A stretch of 64,000 bases of DNA from Bacteroidota bacterium (GTDB taxonomy: Bacteria > Bacteroidota > Bacteroidia > Chitinophagales > LD1). The DNA lies in contig CANJVG010000004.1 of assembly GCA_947478005.1 (NCBI GenBank), positions 3,092-67,091 of the forward strand, read 5' to 3'. A model generated the notes under the pieces. That model did no database searches. It had not been told where the DNA came from and saw only the letters and a program-made list of their open reading frames with translations. Below, in pieces: positions 26,149-35,820 of the stretch. Position numbers and translations under genes: made by a program. Position 1 is the first letter of the stretch, and every line of letters starts with the position of its first letter.

Positions 26149-27024
26149 CTATAAGGTTGTTCTCAAAATAACGGCATAGTGGTCCGAGAGGTCTTTGTGC
26201 TTTTTGTTCCATTGCTGTTCGTAGCTCATTACGCTTCGCGTGGTGTTGATTGGTGTTACTCCGTTGCCTTTAAAAAACACATAGTCAATCAGGTTCCGCC
26301 TCTCGGGGTTGTAGGTATCCATATCATTTAATAAATGGTCGCTGGTACATTTTAGTTCGGTGCAGATATTGCCATCTTCCATTTGCAGACAGCTTATAAG
26401 TTTTGGATACAACAGCGTGTCCACGCGCTTGGTATTAAAATCGCCACAGGCGAACTGGGGAATTCCTTGTTGTTCGTGGCGCTTTAGTAATTCACCGGCT
26501 TCTACATACTGCGTTATCTTTAATTCCTTGCTTCCACCAGCTTCCATATGTGTGCCGAGCAGTTGAAATTTCTTGGCAGGATGTTCCACTTCCACCAGCA
26601 TAGCTCCCTTTCGTGCCAGTTTATCGATGCCTTCGAGGTGGGTGTATTTAATGCTCTCAATTTCCTTCATAGGATATTTGCTGAACATCAAAACCCCACC
26701 GGCTCTTTTGTATGTAATTACTTTACGGTTTTGATAGCCCTGATTGTAAGGATACATGGGTTTCAGTTTCCTGCGAAGCATACGAACGGCCTTGCCGTCA
26801 TACGATTCCTGAAATACAATAACATCGGGCGATTCTTTCATTAGCACACCGGGGATAATTCGCGCGCGAAGGATAGGGTGGTGGTCTAAAAACGTAGCTC
26901 CGCGTGGTAGCATTTTAATATTCCAGGTGAGTATGCTTATTTGATTGGAGGTAGTATCATTATTGGGGGCGCTGAAAGCCTTGCAGGAAAGGAGCAGAGC
27001 AAACAGGGGGAGGTAGTTTTTCAT
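26149..27024 (-). CDS. endonuclease/exonuclease/phosphatase family protein (sphingomyelinase-like)
   Basis: 291 aa. Signal peptide, ILTWNIKMLP near the N-terminus, GDFN and a C-terminal SDHYAV. Confidence 0.7.
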   Translation of the reverse strand: MKNYLPLFALLLSCKAFSAPNNDTTSNQISILTWNIKMLPRGATFLDHHPILRARIIPGVLMKESPDVIVFQESYDGKAVRMLRRKLKPMYPYNQGYQNRKVITYKRAGGVLMFSKYPMKEIESIKYTHLEGIDKLARKGAMLVEVEHPAKKFQLLGTHMEAGGSKELKITQYVEAGELLKRHEQQGIPQFACGDFNTKRVDTLLYPKLISCLQMEDGNICTELKCTSDHLLNDMDTYNPERRNLIDYVFFKGNGVTPINTTRSVMSYEQQWNKKHKDLSDHYAVILRTTL

Positions 27025-27195
27025 GGGGGGGGGTGTTTAAGGCTGCAAAGAAAAAGAATTGCGTGACTAAGCGGTAGAAAGCGGTTGGGGGCAGGGAAAT
27101 TTTGGGAGGATAGGTTGGGGTTTTTGTTGTTGCTTAGCATTGCAGAGCCGATGTTAAACAACAACAAAGGCGAAATAATTGCATCTTACCATTTC

Positions 27196-27876
27196 TTACT
27201 TGCAATATTTCTTTAGGGCCGTTTGAGCTGGTTTGTAACCCAAATCATTTGCCTTTTTAAAATCTGTACACGATTCTGACTTTTGGGGAGTATGAAGCTT
27301 TTCAATCCCACGGTTGTAATAGGCTGCGGCAAAAGCAGGGTTAATTTCAATGGCTTTTGTGAAATCGGCTATAGCACCTTTGCTGTCGCCTACCTTTGAT
27401 CTGGTCAAGCCACGGTTAAAATAAAGTTCGGCATCGAGGGAGTCGATTTTTAATGTTTTGCTGAATTCTGAAATGCCTTTGCTGCAATAGTCCACGGCAT
27501 AGCGTGGGTTGATTTCGATGGCTTTGCTGTAATCGGCAATTCCACCTTTATAGTCATGCAAATAATTTTTGGCAATTCCGCGGTTGCAATAGGCTGCCGC
27601 ATATTTAGGATTCAGATTGATGGCCTTGCTGTAGTCGTCAATGGCCCCTTTGTAATCCTGCAAATAATCTTTGGCAATGCCGCGGTTGTAATAGGCGTCT
27701 ACATAGTCGGGCTTTAATTCTATTGCTTTGTCGTAATCGACCACCGCACCTTTGTAGTCCTGATGGGAATATTTAACGTTGCCACTGTTATAATATTCAA
27801 GAGCCGATTGGGCGAAACAATCAGTAGTTGTGCCATTTGCGAGTAAAAGCATGAACAGGATTGCTACCGTTTTCAT
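27196..27876 (-). CDS. tetratricopeptide repeat protein (secreted)
   Basis: 226 aa. Five to six tandem 34-aa units (AxxDYxKAIELxPxYAxAYxNRGIAK). Confidence 0.85.
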   Translation of the reverse strand: MKTVAILFMLLLANGTTTDCFAQSALEYYNSGNVKYSHQDYKGAVVDYDKAIELKPDYVDAYYNRGIAKDYLQDYKGAIDDYSKAINLNPKYAAAYCNRGIAKNYLHDYKGGIADYSKAIEINPRYAVDYCSKGISEFSKTLKIDSLDAELYFNRGLTRSKVGDSKGAIADFTKAIEINPAFAAAYYNRGIEKLHTPQKSESCTDFKKANDLGYKPAQTALKKYCK

Positions 27877-28020
27877 AATTGAAAGTGAAACTAAATCGGT
27901 TTATGTTACTTAAAGGACGAATAGTGCTTCGAATGTAAATCTAATATTGCAAACGAATGCTCATGGACTTTAAATAAGCAAGTAAAAAGAGGAAGTAACC
28001 GGATTGATGACGAATGTTGC

Positions 28021-29469
28021 TTACTTTATCATCAAAGCACAAAAGCCCCATTTGTTGTAGCGCTTGTTCATAGGTATAATGCCGTTGTTGACATACACAC
28101 CAAAAGGAAGCTCCTTCACGCTTTTATCAATTCTGCTTTTAATAAAATTGACCTTTCCTGTGTCATCAATGCTATAAAAATTGAACGGGAAGGTGCCATC
28201 ATCCACATTGTTTTCGCCATCATTTCTTCTGCGGTTGTCGCAGGTTAACAGAAGTTTGTTGTCGAGCATATACACGTTCATGCCACCCCAAATGGTTAAA
28301 TATTTTCGGCTGCGGTATAGCGATTTACTGTTCAGGAGGTTTCCGTTTTTGTCATAGACCCGAAGGATAATATTGTTGGTGCCTTCCATATCGCCCCTGT
28401 CGATGACGGTAGAACTTCGGTTATCGTGATGCACGAAGTTTTCCATAGCCGTATAGATGGCAAAGTTTCCATTGGCAAAAACTTCGGTGCCGGCTGTCTC
28501 TACACGAAATGTGTAATTCACTTCCTTCTTGAGGTTACCGGCATCTTTTAAGGAATCTATTTCATCGGGGTTCAGTTTAACAGCGAATTCGGATAATTTA
28601 TCCTGAACAAGATTGTAGGCTATTACCTTGGCAACGGGTTGTTTAAAATCGAGGTCCACAGTTGTGAATGGTTTTTCGTTGGGGTCGTTTTCGTCAAAAG
28701 TGATATACATGATGCTGTTGTTTGCATCGTAGGTTGTTTTTGGACAACAAAAACCTTTTGGATTGCCGATAGTTTTCTGCACATATTTTTTTGTCTTTAA
28801 GGGGTAGCATCCAATATTGGTATTAAAGCCATTGAAGTCAACTGAACTAATTATCAAATTGTCGTTGTTGTCGAGGTAGGTGCTGACCTTGTTTTCGGAA
28901 CTGTAAACCAGGTTTTCCTGGATTCCAATATCGCGGCTGGAAACCAGATTGAAAGCGGTGTCGTATTCAAATAGCTTGTAGGTGCCGGTAGTCAAAAGAG
29001 GGTCTTGCCAAAGCCGATACATTTTTTGCCGATTGGGGGGAGATAGGAAGAGTTGATAATTGGATAAACTGCTGAGCATATCCTTGGTGTAGTTTCCGGT
29101 TTCTGATTGAAATACTTTTTCGTCTGTTCCCTTTTCCAGGTTTACATAAATGAAATCGAGCCGTTTGTTTTCTTTGGAGAACTTGGTAATAATGCAGTAT
29201 AACGAGTTGCCCAGCACACAATCCGTTTGGTCGACTGCATCTTTGGAATAAGTCATGTTGGTGTACCTGATGAGGTTAAGGTCTTTGTCAACAATGTAAT
29301 AGCCATCGGCACGCCAGTTGGAAGGTATTGGCTTGTACAAAAAATATTTATCTCCCACCTGGGTGCACCGTTGCACCAAGGGCATTTCAACTGAGCGGTC
29401 GATGAAGGTGGCTTGTTGTGCAAAAATGGATTGGGTGCAAAGAAACAGTAGAATGAAAAGGTATCTCAT
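28021..29469 (-). CDS. hypothetical secreted protein
   Basis: 482 aa. Signal peptide MRYLFILLFLCTQSIFAQQ. No motif recognised. Confidence 0.6.
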   Translation of the reverse strand: MRYLFILLFLCTQSIFAQQATFIDRSVEMPLVQRCTQVGDKYFLYKPIPSNWRADGYYIVDKDLNLIRYTNMTYSKDAVDQTDCVLGNSLYCIITKFSKENKRLDFIYVNLEKGTDEKVFQSETGNYTKDMLSSLSNYQLFLSPPNRQKMYRLWQDPLLTTGTYKLFEYDTAFNLVSSRDIGIQENLVYSSENKVSTYLDNNDNLIISSVDFNGFNTNIGCYPLKTKKYVQKTIGNPKGFCCPKTTYDANNSIMYITFDENDPNEKPFTTVDLDFKQPVAKVIAYNLVQDKLSEFAVKLNPDEIDSLKDAGNLKKEVNYTFRVETAGTEVFANGNFAIYTAMENFVHHDNRSSTVIDRGDMEGTNNIILRVYDKNGNLLNSKSLYRSRKYLTIWGGMNVYMLDNKLLLTCDNRRRNDGENNVDDGTFPFNFYSIDDTGKVNFIKSRIDKSVKELPFGVYVNNGIIPMNKRYNKWGFCALMIK

Positions 29470-29585
29470 AGGTATTTAATTGGTTTTAAAAATACTTTTT
29501 AAAACCAAAGTCGGGTTTAAATGTTGATGATGCACAGATAAGCAAGGGCGAAAGATAAACGGCTTTAAATAGCCGGGATGTTCAT

Positions 29586-29986
29586 GTGTTAGAATGCTTC
29601 ATTCAAATGGAAGAAAGCGGTTGCCACATGCCGGAATGCTTCATCCACATGGGAAAAAATGGTTGCCATGTGTCGGAATGCGCATTTCATCCATTAAAAG
29701 GCACTCGCTACTTTTCAAAAGGCGTGTTTCATCCGTCAAAAGTCGCTCACGATATTTGTAAAGTCGTTCACGACCCGTCAAAAGGCGCTTTCCATCCATC
29801 AAAAGGCGTTCACGATGTGGCAGAAGGTGCAATTCATCCATCAAAAGGCGCTCATGACGTGCTAAAAGTTGTTCATGATGTGTCGAAAGGCGTTCACGAC
29901 CTTGTAAAAGGCGTTCACGATGTGTGAAAAGGCGTTCAGGACCTGTCAAAAGGATTCAATGACGTGTTAGAATGGACTATTTGACA
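29586..29986. repeat. 21-bp tandem repeat, ~19 degenerate units
   Basis: Units such as GTCAAAAGGCGTTCACGATGT and ATCAAAAGGCGCTCATGACGT stay in strict 21-nt register from 29609 to 29986. First and last units both begin GTGTTAGAATG. Open frames on both strands explain ORFs 29586-29927 and 29641-29949. Confidence 0.85.
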
Positions 29987-30057
29987 GTAAAAAGGTTGTG
30001 TTTGAGTGTTTATTTACTGAGTTTGGGGTTAAAAAGTATTTGCCGAATGGGCCAATC

Positions 30058-30102
30058 ATAAAGAACAAAACCACTGCTCCGGCAGTGGTTTTGTTCTTTA
30101 TA
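30058..30102. terminator. terminator downstream of TonB-dependent receptor
   Basis: Perfect inverted repeat ATAAAGAACAAAACCACTGC-tccg-GCAGTGGTTTTGTTCTTTAT. Confidence 0.8.
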
Positions 30103-30128
30103 ATGAATATCATACTATGTATAACGAA

Positions 30129-32363
30129 TTACCATTTAACTCTTGCGGTAACAAAGAAATTTCTGCCGGGGGCACTGATGCCGGAAGCGAAATGACGGTA
30201 ACGCAGGTCCATAAGATTGTCGCAGCCCAAATCGAATCCGAAATATTTGGTAGGTTGAAAACCAATGCGCGCATTGAGGGTAAACCATCCCGGCAAATCT
30301 GTTCCGGTACCTTGGGTGAAATTATCTTCGCCAAGCATGTTATATTCTTTGACCGCTTTCTTTCCGTTAAATACAGAGAAGAACTCTCCACGCACCCATT
30401 TGTATTTTGCCCGGAAACCGGCACGACCATAAATGGGAGCAATATGGTCGAGCGGGTAAGGGGTGGTATCGGTTAAAATACGTCCGTAAGTGTATGTGAA
30501 TGAAGCCATCAAACTCAGCCAATCGGTTACATCGGCTTCAGCTGTGGCGGTGGCACCGGCTATAAAGGCTTTGTTTTTGTTCACCAACATCACCACTTTA
30601 CTCAGGCTGCCGTTGTAGGTTAAGGTGTCCTGCCCTTTGTAGGTGGCTTTATCGGTGGTGATGGCATTGATAAAGTAAGTGTAGAAACCGGTAGCGCTAA
30701 GGCGATAATGTTCGGCAAATGTTTTTTCTAAAGTCAATTCACCATTCACGGTGTATTCAGGCTTTAGTTGACTGTTTGGAACCACCACTGTGCCCGGAGA
30801 AGGGTCAAAAATCTTGCTCATATCATCGACATTGGGCGCACGGAATCCGGTGCTGAACAAAGCCGCTATACGAAAGCCTTTGCCGGGCAAAGCTACCATG
30901 CCCAGATTGCCCGAAACAGCATTATGCAGGTTTTTAAGTTCGCTGTAAGGAAGTGGGTAGAAGGTTTGACTGGCAGGGGTAAGGGTGGAGTTCATGGTAA
31001 TGAGATTGTAACGAATGCCGGAATTCAGTATGACCTTAGGAGAAACCACCCAATTGTGGGTTAAATACAGGGCTATATAGTTCATGCTGTTTTTGCCATC
31101 GGGGTAGCGGCTACTGTTGGCTCTGGTGGTGTCTACATTTATGTTTCTATCGAGGCCGGAAGATTTAAGCATATTGAATTGCCCTTCGAGGCCAAAATTA
31201 AGGGTGTGGTTTTTGATTTTCTTTCTGAAATCGGCATGGAAACCAACGATATTTACCTTCTCGGTCCTTTCGGTTCTGAATGTTTTTCCAAAACCGCGGT
31301 TATTTCTGCTCTCCAATACGTTTTGATAGTTTAGACCTACACTTACAAGGTCTAAAGGTCCGGCATTTTTCCAGTTAAAATCATAGATAGCCAATAGACG
31401 TTGCTGCGGGCCATAGTACCATTCGGCATCTTTCAGGAGAGTGGAAGCGGAGGTCACTGCCAGGCGGTCGTAGCGGGGCACATTGGAAGAATTAGAGAAC
31501 TGCACATTCACTAGATGCGAGATGTTTTCCGATTGCTGAAACAAAAACTTTTGCAAAATGTCATATTGATAATAACCGCTGCCTGCCTGCACATTGTTGG
31601 CTTTGTTCAACACAGCCGTATCCTTTTGACCGGTAACTCTTCCCAGGGAATCGAAGACATTGGTTCTAGCCTGATAGTAATCGCGGGTCCAAAGACCGGC
31701 AGTTTCGTTAGTAACATAATTGCCCATCCTTAAATCGCCAAAACGGGAAAAAGTAGCAGAAGTAAGAGAAGCAAATTTTTTGCCACCTAAACTTATATCG
31801 AGATGGCCGGTTAGTTCATTGTTTACGCTGCCATAACGAAACATGCCGCTGCCCGTTGTAAGGAATTTTTTATCGCCCGACAGCGTAGGGTTTTTGGTAC
31901 GCATGTGCACCACACCACCGAGGGCATCACTGCCATAAACGGTCGAGGATGGACCATAGAGCACTTCGATTCGGTCCAGGATGTTATTATCAACGGTTAT
32001 GATGTTCTGGAGGTGACCGGCACGGTAAAGAATATTGTTCATGCGCACACCGTCTACCACCATCAGCACCCGGCTGGCTTCGAAACCGCGCAAAACAACA
32101 CTACCTCCGCCTTGCTGGCTCATTTGCACAAAAGCAGCTCCACTTGTCATTAGAGCTTCACCGGTCTTTTGAGCGTTCAGACGCTCTAAGTCTTTGGCCG
32201 CAAGCACGAAGGTTTGTTGGGCAGCATTGCTCCTTAAGCCTTCAAATTTACTGTCTACGATTACTACTTCATGTAGGTTTACTTCCTTATCGGTAGAGTC
32301 AATTTGACTGAACGAATGAAGTATGGGGAATAGGAATAAATATAGAATAAATGATTTTTTCAT
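30129..32363 (-). CDS. TonB-dependent receptor
   Basis: 744 aa. Signal peptide, plug domain (VLRGFEASRVLMVVDGVRMNN), STGFRAPNVDD and a terminal aromatic residue (ARVKW). Confidence 0.9.
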   Translation of the reverse strand: MKKSFILYLFLFPILHSFSQIDSTDKEVNLHEVVIVDSKFEGLRSNAAQQTFVLAAKDLERLNAQKTGEALMTSGAAFVQMSQQGGGSVVLRGFEASRVLMVVDGVRMNNILYRAGHLQNIITVDNNILDRIEVLYGPSSTVYGSDALGGVVHMRTKNPTLSGDKKFLTTGSGMFRYGSVNNELTGHLDISLGGKKFASLTSATFSRFGDLRMGNYVTNETAGLWTRDYYQARTNVFDSLGRVTGQKDTAVLNKANNVQAGSGYYQYDILQKFLFQQSENISHLVNVQFSNSSNVPRYDRLAVTSASTLLKDAEWYYGPQQRLLAIYDFNWKNAGPLDLVSVGLNYQNVLESRNNRGFGKTFRTERTEKVNIVGFHADFRKKIKNHTLNFGLEGQFNMLKSSGLDRNINVDTTRANSSRYPDGKNSMNYIALYLTHNWVVSPKVILNSGIRYNLITMNSTLTPASQTFYPLPYSELKNLHNAVSGNLGMVALPGKGFRIAALFSTGFRAPNVDDMSKIFDPSPGTVVVPNSQLKPEYTVNGELTLEKTFAEHYRLSATGFYTYFINAITTDKATYKGQDTLTYNGSLSKVVMLVNKNKAFIAGATATAEADVTDWLSLMASFTYTYGRILTDTTPYPLDHIAPIYGRAGFRAKYKWVRGEFFSVFNGKKAVKEYNMLGEDNFTQGTGTDLPGWFTLNARIGFQPTKYFGFDLGCDNLMDLRYRHFASGISAPGRNFFVTARVKW

Positions 32364-32444
32364 GGTTGAGTTTTTGGATATTAAAACGATATACCGATTA
32401 CAGCGTAATAGAAATTACCTCTATAAATGGGTTAGCAGAAAGTA

Positions 32445-32957
32445 TTAAGACCAAAAACAATCGGGAGGAGGAGATTGCCCGATGGAAACAAAAGAAGTTG
32501 GAGCACATTCCTTTGTTAGAAATGAGCTAATGCTTAATGAAGGAGAATAGGAAGAGGCTGATGATGTAGCGATAAACTCCTGCATAAAATGTTGGAGCCT
32601 AATTTTAACAGGAGAGGAGTTTGCGGTCTTGTCGGATGAAAGATGGAAGGCAGAGATGAACTTATCTATTAGGATTGTTTCATAATTATCCTCTTCAACC
32701 AGGAGATTTACACTTGTAGCTGTGATTTCAATGCTTGTAACGTCATACAACTTTCCGTTAAAGCGCATTTCTTTTTTGTTGTGGAGCCAAACCAGCTTTG
32801 CATATTCAGCTTTTGATAAGCTTAGCGTTTGTCCGGTGCCTCTATGCGAAAACATTTCCTTCTGTATCTCCATTTGCTCTAGTGTAAATGCAAAATAGAA
32901 CCCGAATAAGTTCAGCAAGATGAGTGAAAAAAGAAAAAGCGATTTAGTGGTACGCAT
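32445..32957 (-). CDS. hypothetical membrane-anchored protein, upstream in receptor operon
   Basis: 170 aa with a single N-terminal TM helix (LFLFSLILLNLFGFYFAF). Same strand as the receptor, 81 nt upstream. Confidence 0.5.
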   Translation of the reverse strand: MRTTKSLFLFSLILLNLFGFYFAFTLEQMEIQKEMFSHRGTGQTLSLSKAEYAKLVWLHNKKEMRFNGKLYDVTSIEITATSVNLLVEEDNYETILIDKFISAFHLSSDKTANSSPVKIRLQHFMQEFIATSSASSYSPSLSISSFLTKECAPTSFVSIGQSPPPDCFWS

Positions 32958-33023
32958 TGACGCGGCTAATGTAATAATGGATTGGTAATTACAAGCTGCG
33001 TTATTTTTCCGATTTATGCGGCC

Positions 33024-34598
33024 ATGAAAATATTGGTTCGTTTTGCTCTTCTTAACCTCTTTTTGTCAATTCAGATCTTAGCCTTTGCAGGCAAAGGGAA
33101 ACATAACCATACCGTTACCGCTAAAGTTAAAACTCAATATCCCGATAATATTTTTGTAGATTCTATTTATGCTCCTTTTATTTATGGAGTGGCCTCTGGT
33201 GACCCGCTCAAAGACCGTGTGATTATCTGGACCAGAGTAGAGCCTTCTGATCCTACTGACATTAATCCCATCACCTTAAAATGGCAAATATCCAACGATT
33301 CATCCATGCTGCCGGTTATTCAAAGCGGGGAGGCAATCGCCTATCGAAAGGACGACTTCACCTGTAAGGTGGATGTAGATAATCTCGAAGCAGGGCATCG
33401 GTATTTCTACAGGTTTGCCACCAACGGTCGAAAGGTTTCACAAACGGGTATTGCCAATACATTGCCTGATGATTCTGTTAGTCATTTCAAACTTGCGGTG
33501 GTTTCTTGTTCGAGTATTTGGGCCGGTTACTTTAATGCTTACAGAAGAATAGCTGAACGAAAGGATATTGATTTTGTGGTGCATTTGGGCGACTATGTAT
33601 ATGACTATGCCGACAGCAAGCAGCAAAACAGAATGCCTGCCGAAACCGTGGTGGATTGTGCATCGCTTGATGACTGGCGGCATCGGCACAAGTATTACTT
33701 AATGGACCCTGATTTAAGAGCTGCAAGGCAAAACAAAACATGGATAGCGGAATGGGATAATCATGATACAAATGTGGAAGCACCTGGTAAACAATCCGAG
33801 GGCATTCAGGCTTTCTATGAGTATCTGCCTATTCGCATGCCCGACACCTCGCATCCCGAAAAGGTATATCGAAAGTTTCAGTTCGGTCAATTAGCCGACC
33901 TGAACATGATTGATATGTATATGTTCCGGGCTAAAGAGGAATATGCTGCGGGAAAGAAGTCGGTGCTTGGCAATGAACAGGATGCCTGGTTGAAGAATAA
34001 TTTAAAAACCTCTGCAACCCAATGGCATTTGTTAGGCAATCAGGAAATGATGACCGATTGGTTAAGCGAAGGCGCACCAAAGTTTATCACCAAAAAGCGC
34101 GGAAACGGCCATGTGTTTGATTCAGGCAATTGGAACGGTTTCCCGGAAGACCGTCAAAGGCTTTATGATTTCATCGACACCAATCATTTGAAAAACATCG
34201 TGGTGCTGACCGGTGATATTCACATGAGTTTCGTGATGGACATGACAGGTTCGCCTAAGGACAAAACAAAATATAACCACAAGACAGGTGAAGGTGCAGT
34301 GGGAGTGGAGCTGACCGGCCCAAGCATTAGCCGCATCAACATGAAAGAAGCAGGTGTGCCCGGAGGACTTATCCCTATGATTCAGAGTTTAAGCCGTGGT
34401 TGGAATCCACATCATATCTGGTGCCAGTTCTCGAAACACGGTTATTTTACGATAGATGTAAATAAAGAACGTGCATTGGCAGAATTCTGGTATTCTAAAA
34501 TCAATAAGAAGACTAGTAAGGAAAACTTCGGCAAGGGCTTTACCGTAAAGAATGGAATAAGCCATTGGGAACGAAAGAAAAACAATAAGCCGAACTAA
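33024..34598 (+). CDS. alkaline phosphatase D (PhoD) family metallophosphatase
   Basis: VHLGDYVYDY, EWDNHD and LTGDIHMSF metallophosphatase motifs. The start was moved to the ATG at 33024 (MKILVRFALLNLF signal). Confidence 0.75.
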   Translation: MKILVRFALLNLFLSIQILAFAGKGKHNHTVTAKVKTQYPDNIFVDSIYAPFIYGVASGDPLKDRVIIWTRVEPSDPTDINPITLKWQISNDSSMLPVIQSGEAIAYRKDDFTCKVDVDNLEAGHRYFYRFATNGRKVSQTGIANTLPDDSVSHFKLAVVSCSSIWAGYFNAYRRIAERKDIDFVVHLGDYVYDYADSKQQNRMPAETVVDCASLDDWRHRHKYYLMDPDLRAARQNKTWIAEWDNHDTNVEAPGKQSEGIQAFYEYLPIRMPDTSHPEKVYRKFQFGQLADLNMIDMYMFRAKEEYAAGKKSVLGNEQDAWLKNNLKTSATQWHLLGNQEMMTDWLSEGAPKFITKKRGNGHVFDSGNWNGFPEDRQRLYDFIDTNHLKNIVVLTGDIHMSFVMDMTGSPKDKTKYNHKTGEGAVGVELTGPSISRINMKEAGVPGGLIPMIQSLSRGWNPHHIWCQFSKHGYFTIDVNKERALAEFWYSKINKKTSKENFGKGFTVKNGISHWERKKNNKPN

Positions 34599-34706
34599 TC
34601 CTTTCATAAGGCTATTTGTCAACAATTTCTGCACCCCGGCTATTAGCTTTTGCGGAAAACTCTATTTTGCACCCGGTCACTCAAACAGTTTCTTATTTCT
34701 TAGTTC

Positions 34707-35759
34707 ATGGATATTTCAGTTTACATCGCGGAGTTGCTTTACGAGCATGATTGTGTCATCGTCACAGGTTTTGGTGGGTTCATTTGTAATTACAAACCGG
34801 CCTACATACATCCGGTACTTCATACTGTATCTCCTCCTTCAAAAGCTATTTCCTTCAATCGTCATTTAAGATCGAACGATGGATTGTTGATGAGCCTGAT
34901 TGCTGAACGCAATGGTGTTTCCTTTAATGAGGCTTCTGAAATGATTCAGGGCTGGGTAAATTCTTCGGCTGCTATGCTCAAAAAAGGAGAGCAGATTATT
35001 CTTCCTAAAATCGGAAAGTTTCAGAATGATATTGAACGCAATCTGCAATTTGAGCCTGATACGAATATCAATTATCTCAAGCAGTCTTTTGGTTTGCGAA
35101 CGATTATTGCTGAGCCTATTCTACGAGGTCAGGGTATCAGTTTTACAGAGAAGTTCCGCGATGAAACAAAGCATGTTTTGGTGGAGCGTAAAATCTGGAG
35201 AATGGCTGCTGCTGTTTTTCTCGTTGCTGCTTTGACTGTTTTGGCTCAACTTATGTTCTCGGGTGTTCAAATTCAACAATTGAATCTGGATGAAGCCAGT
35301 GTTTTTAATTGTGTCAATCATGTTTTCAAGGCGCAAGAGCCGGAAATGAAATTGCTTCCTGTGGAACTAAACAGTACTGCTCCTTTGGTAGTTGATTCGA
35401 CAAACGCTTCAAATGCCGACTTGATAGATTCAGCAATTACGGCTACTATTTCTGTTATTAGTCAACAACCAGCTGTAGTGCAAAGCACCATTCCAGCACA
35501 GGAAGAAAAGACTTTGCCGGTTGCTTCTTCTTCTGAACATAACTACTACATCATTGTAGGCGCTTTTGCAGAAGATAAAAACGTGGAAGCTGCCAAGCAA
35601 CGCGTGCACGAGAAGTTTCCGAATGCAGAAATTCTAATTGAAAGGAAAAACGGATTGACCAAATTGGGCTATTTGGCCGGCAGTAATTATACTTCAGCCA
35701 AGGAACAATTAAAGAAGGCACAGCAAGATGATGCTTCTTTTTGGTTAATGAAGAAGTAA
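34707..35759 (+). CDS. HU-like N-domain / SPOR-domain protein
   Basis: 350 aa. N-terminal ELLYEHDCVIVTGFGGF (HU-CCDC81-like), a central TM helix and a C-terminal SPOR-like YYIIVGAFAEDKNVEAAKQRV. Confidence 0.65.
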   Translation: MDISVYIAELLYEHDCVIVTGFGGFICNYKPAYIHPVLHTVSPPSKAISFNRHLRSNDGLLMSLIAERNGVSFNEASEMIQGWVNSSAAMLKKGEQIILPKIGKFQNDIERNLQFEPDTNINYLKQSFGLRTIIAEPILRGQGISFTEKFRDETKHVLVERKIWRMAAAVFLVAALTVLAQLMFSGVQIQQLNLDEASVFNCVNHVFKAQEPEMKLLPVELNSTAPLVVDSTNASNADLIDSAITATISVISQQPAVVQSTIPAQEEKTLPVASSSEHNYYIIVGAFAEDKNVEAAKQRVHEKFPNAEILIERKNGLTKLGYLAGSNYTSAKEQLKKAQQDDASFWLMKK

Positions 35760-35820
35760 TCTTACTTGCTTTGTATTTCTTTTTGCTTGATACAAAATTT
35801 GCACGCTTAATTAAAAACTT

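Noticed and set aside
29586-29949. ORFs 29586-29927 (+) and 29641-29949 (-) as genes
   Set aside because: Both are read-through of the 21-bp tandem array and mirror each other on opposite strands. They have no signal, start context or domain.
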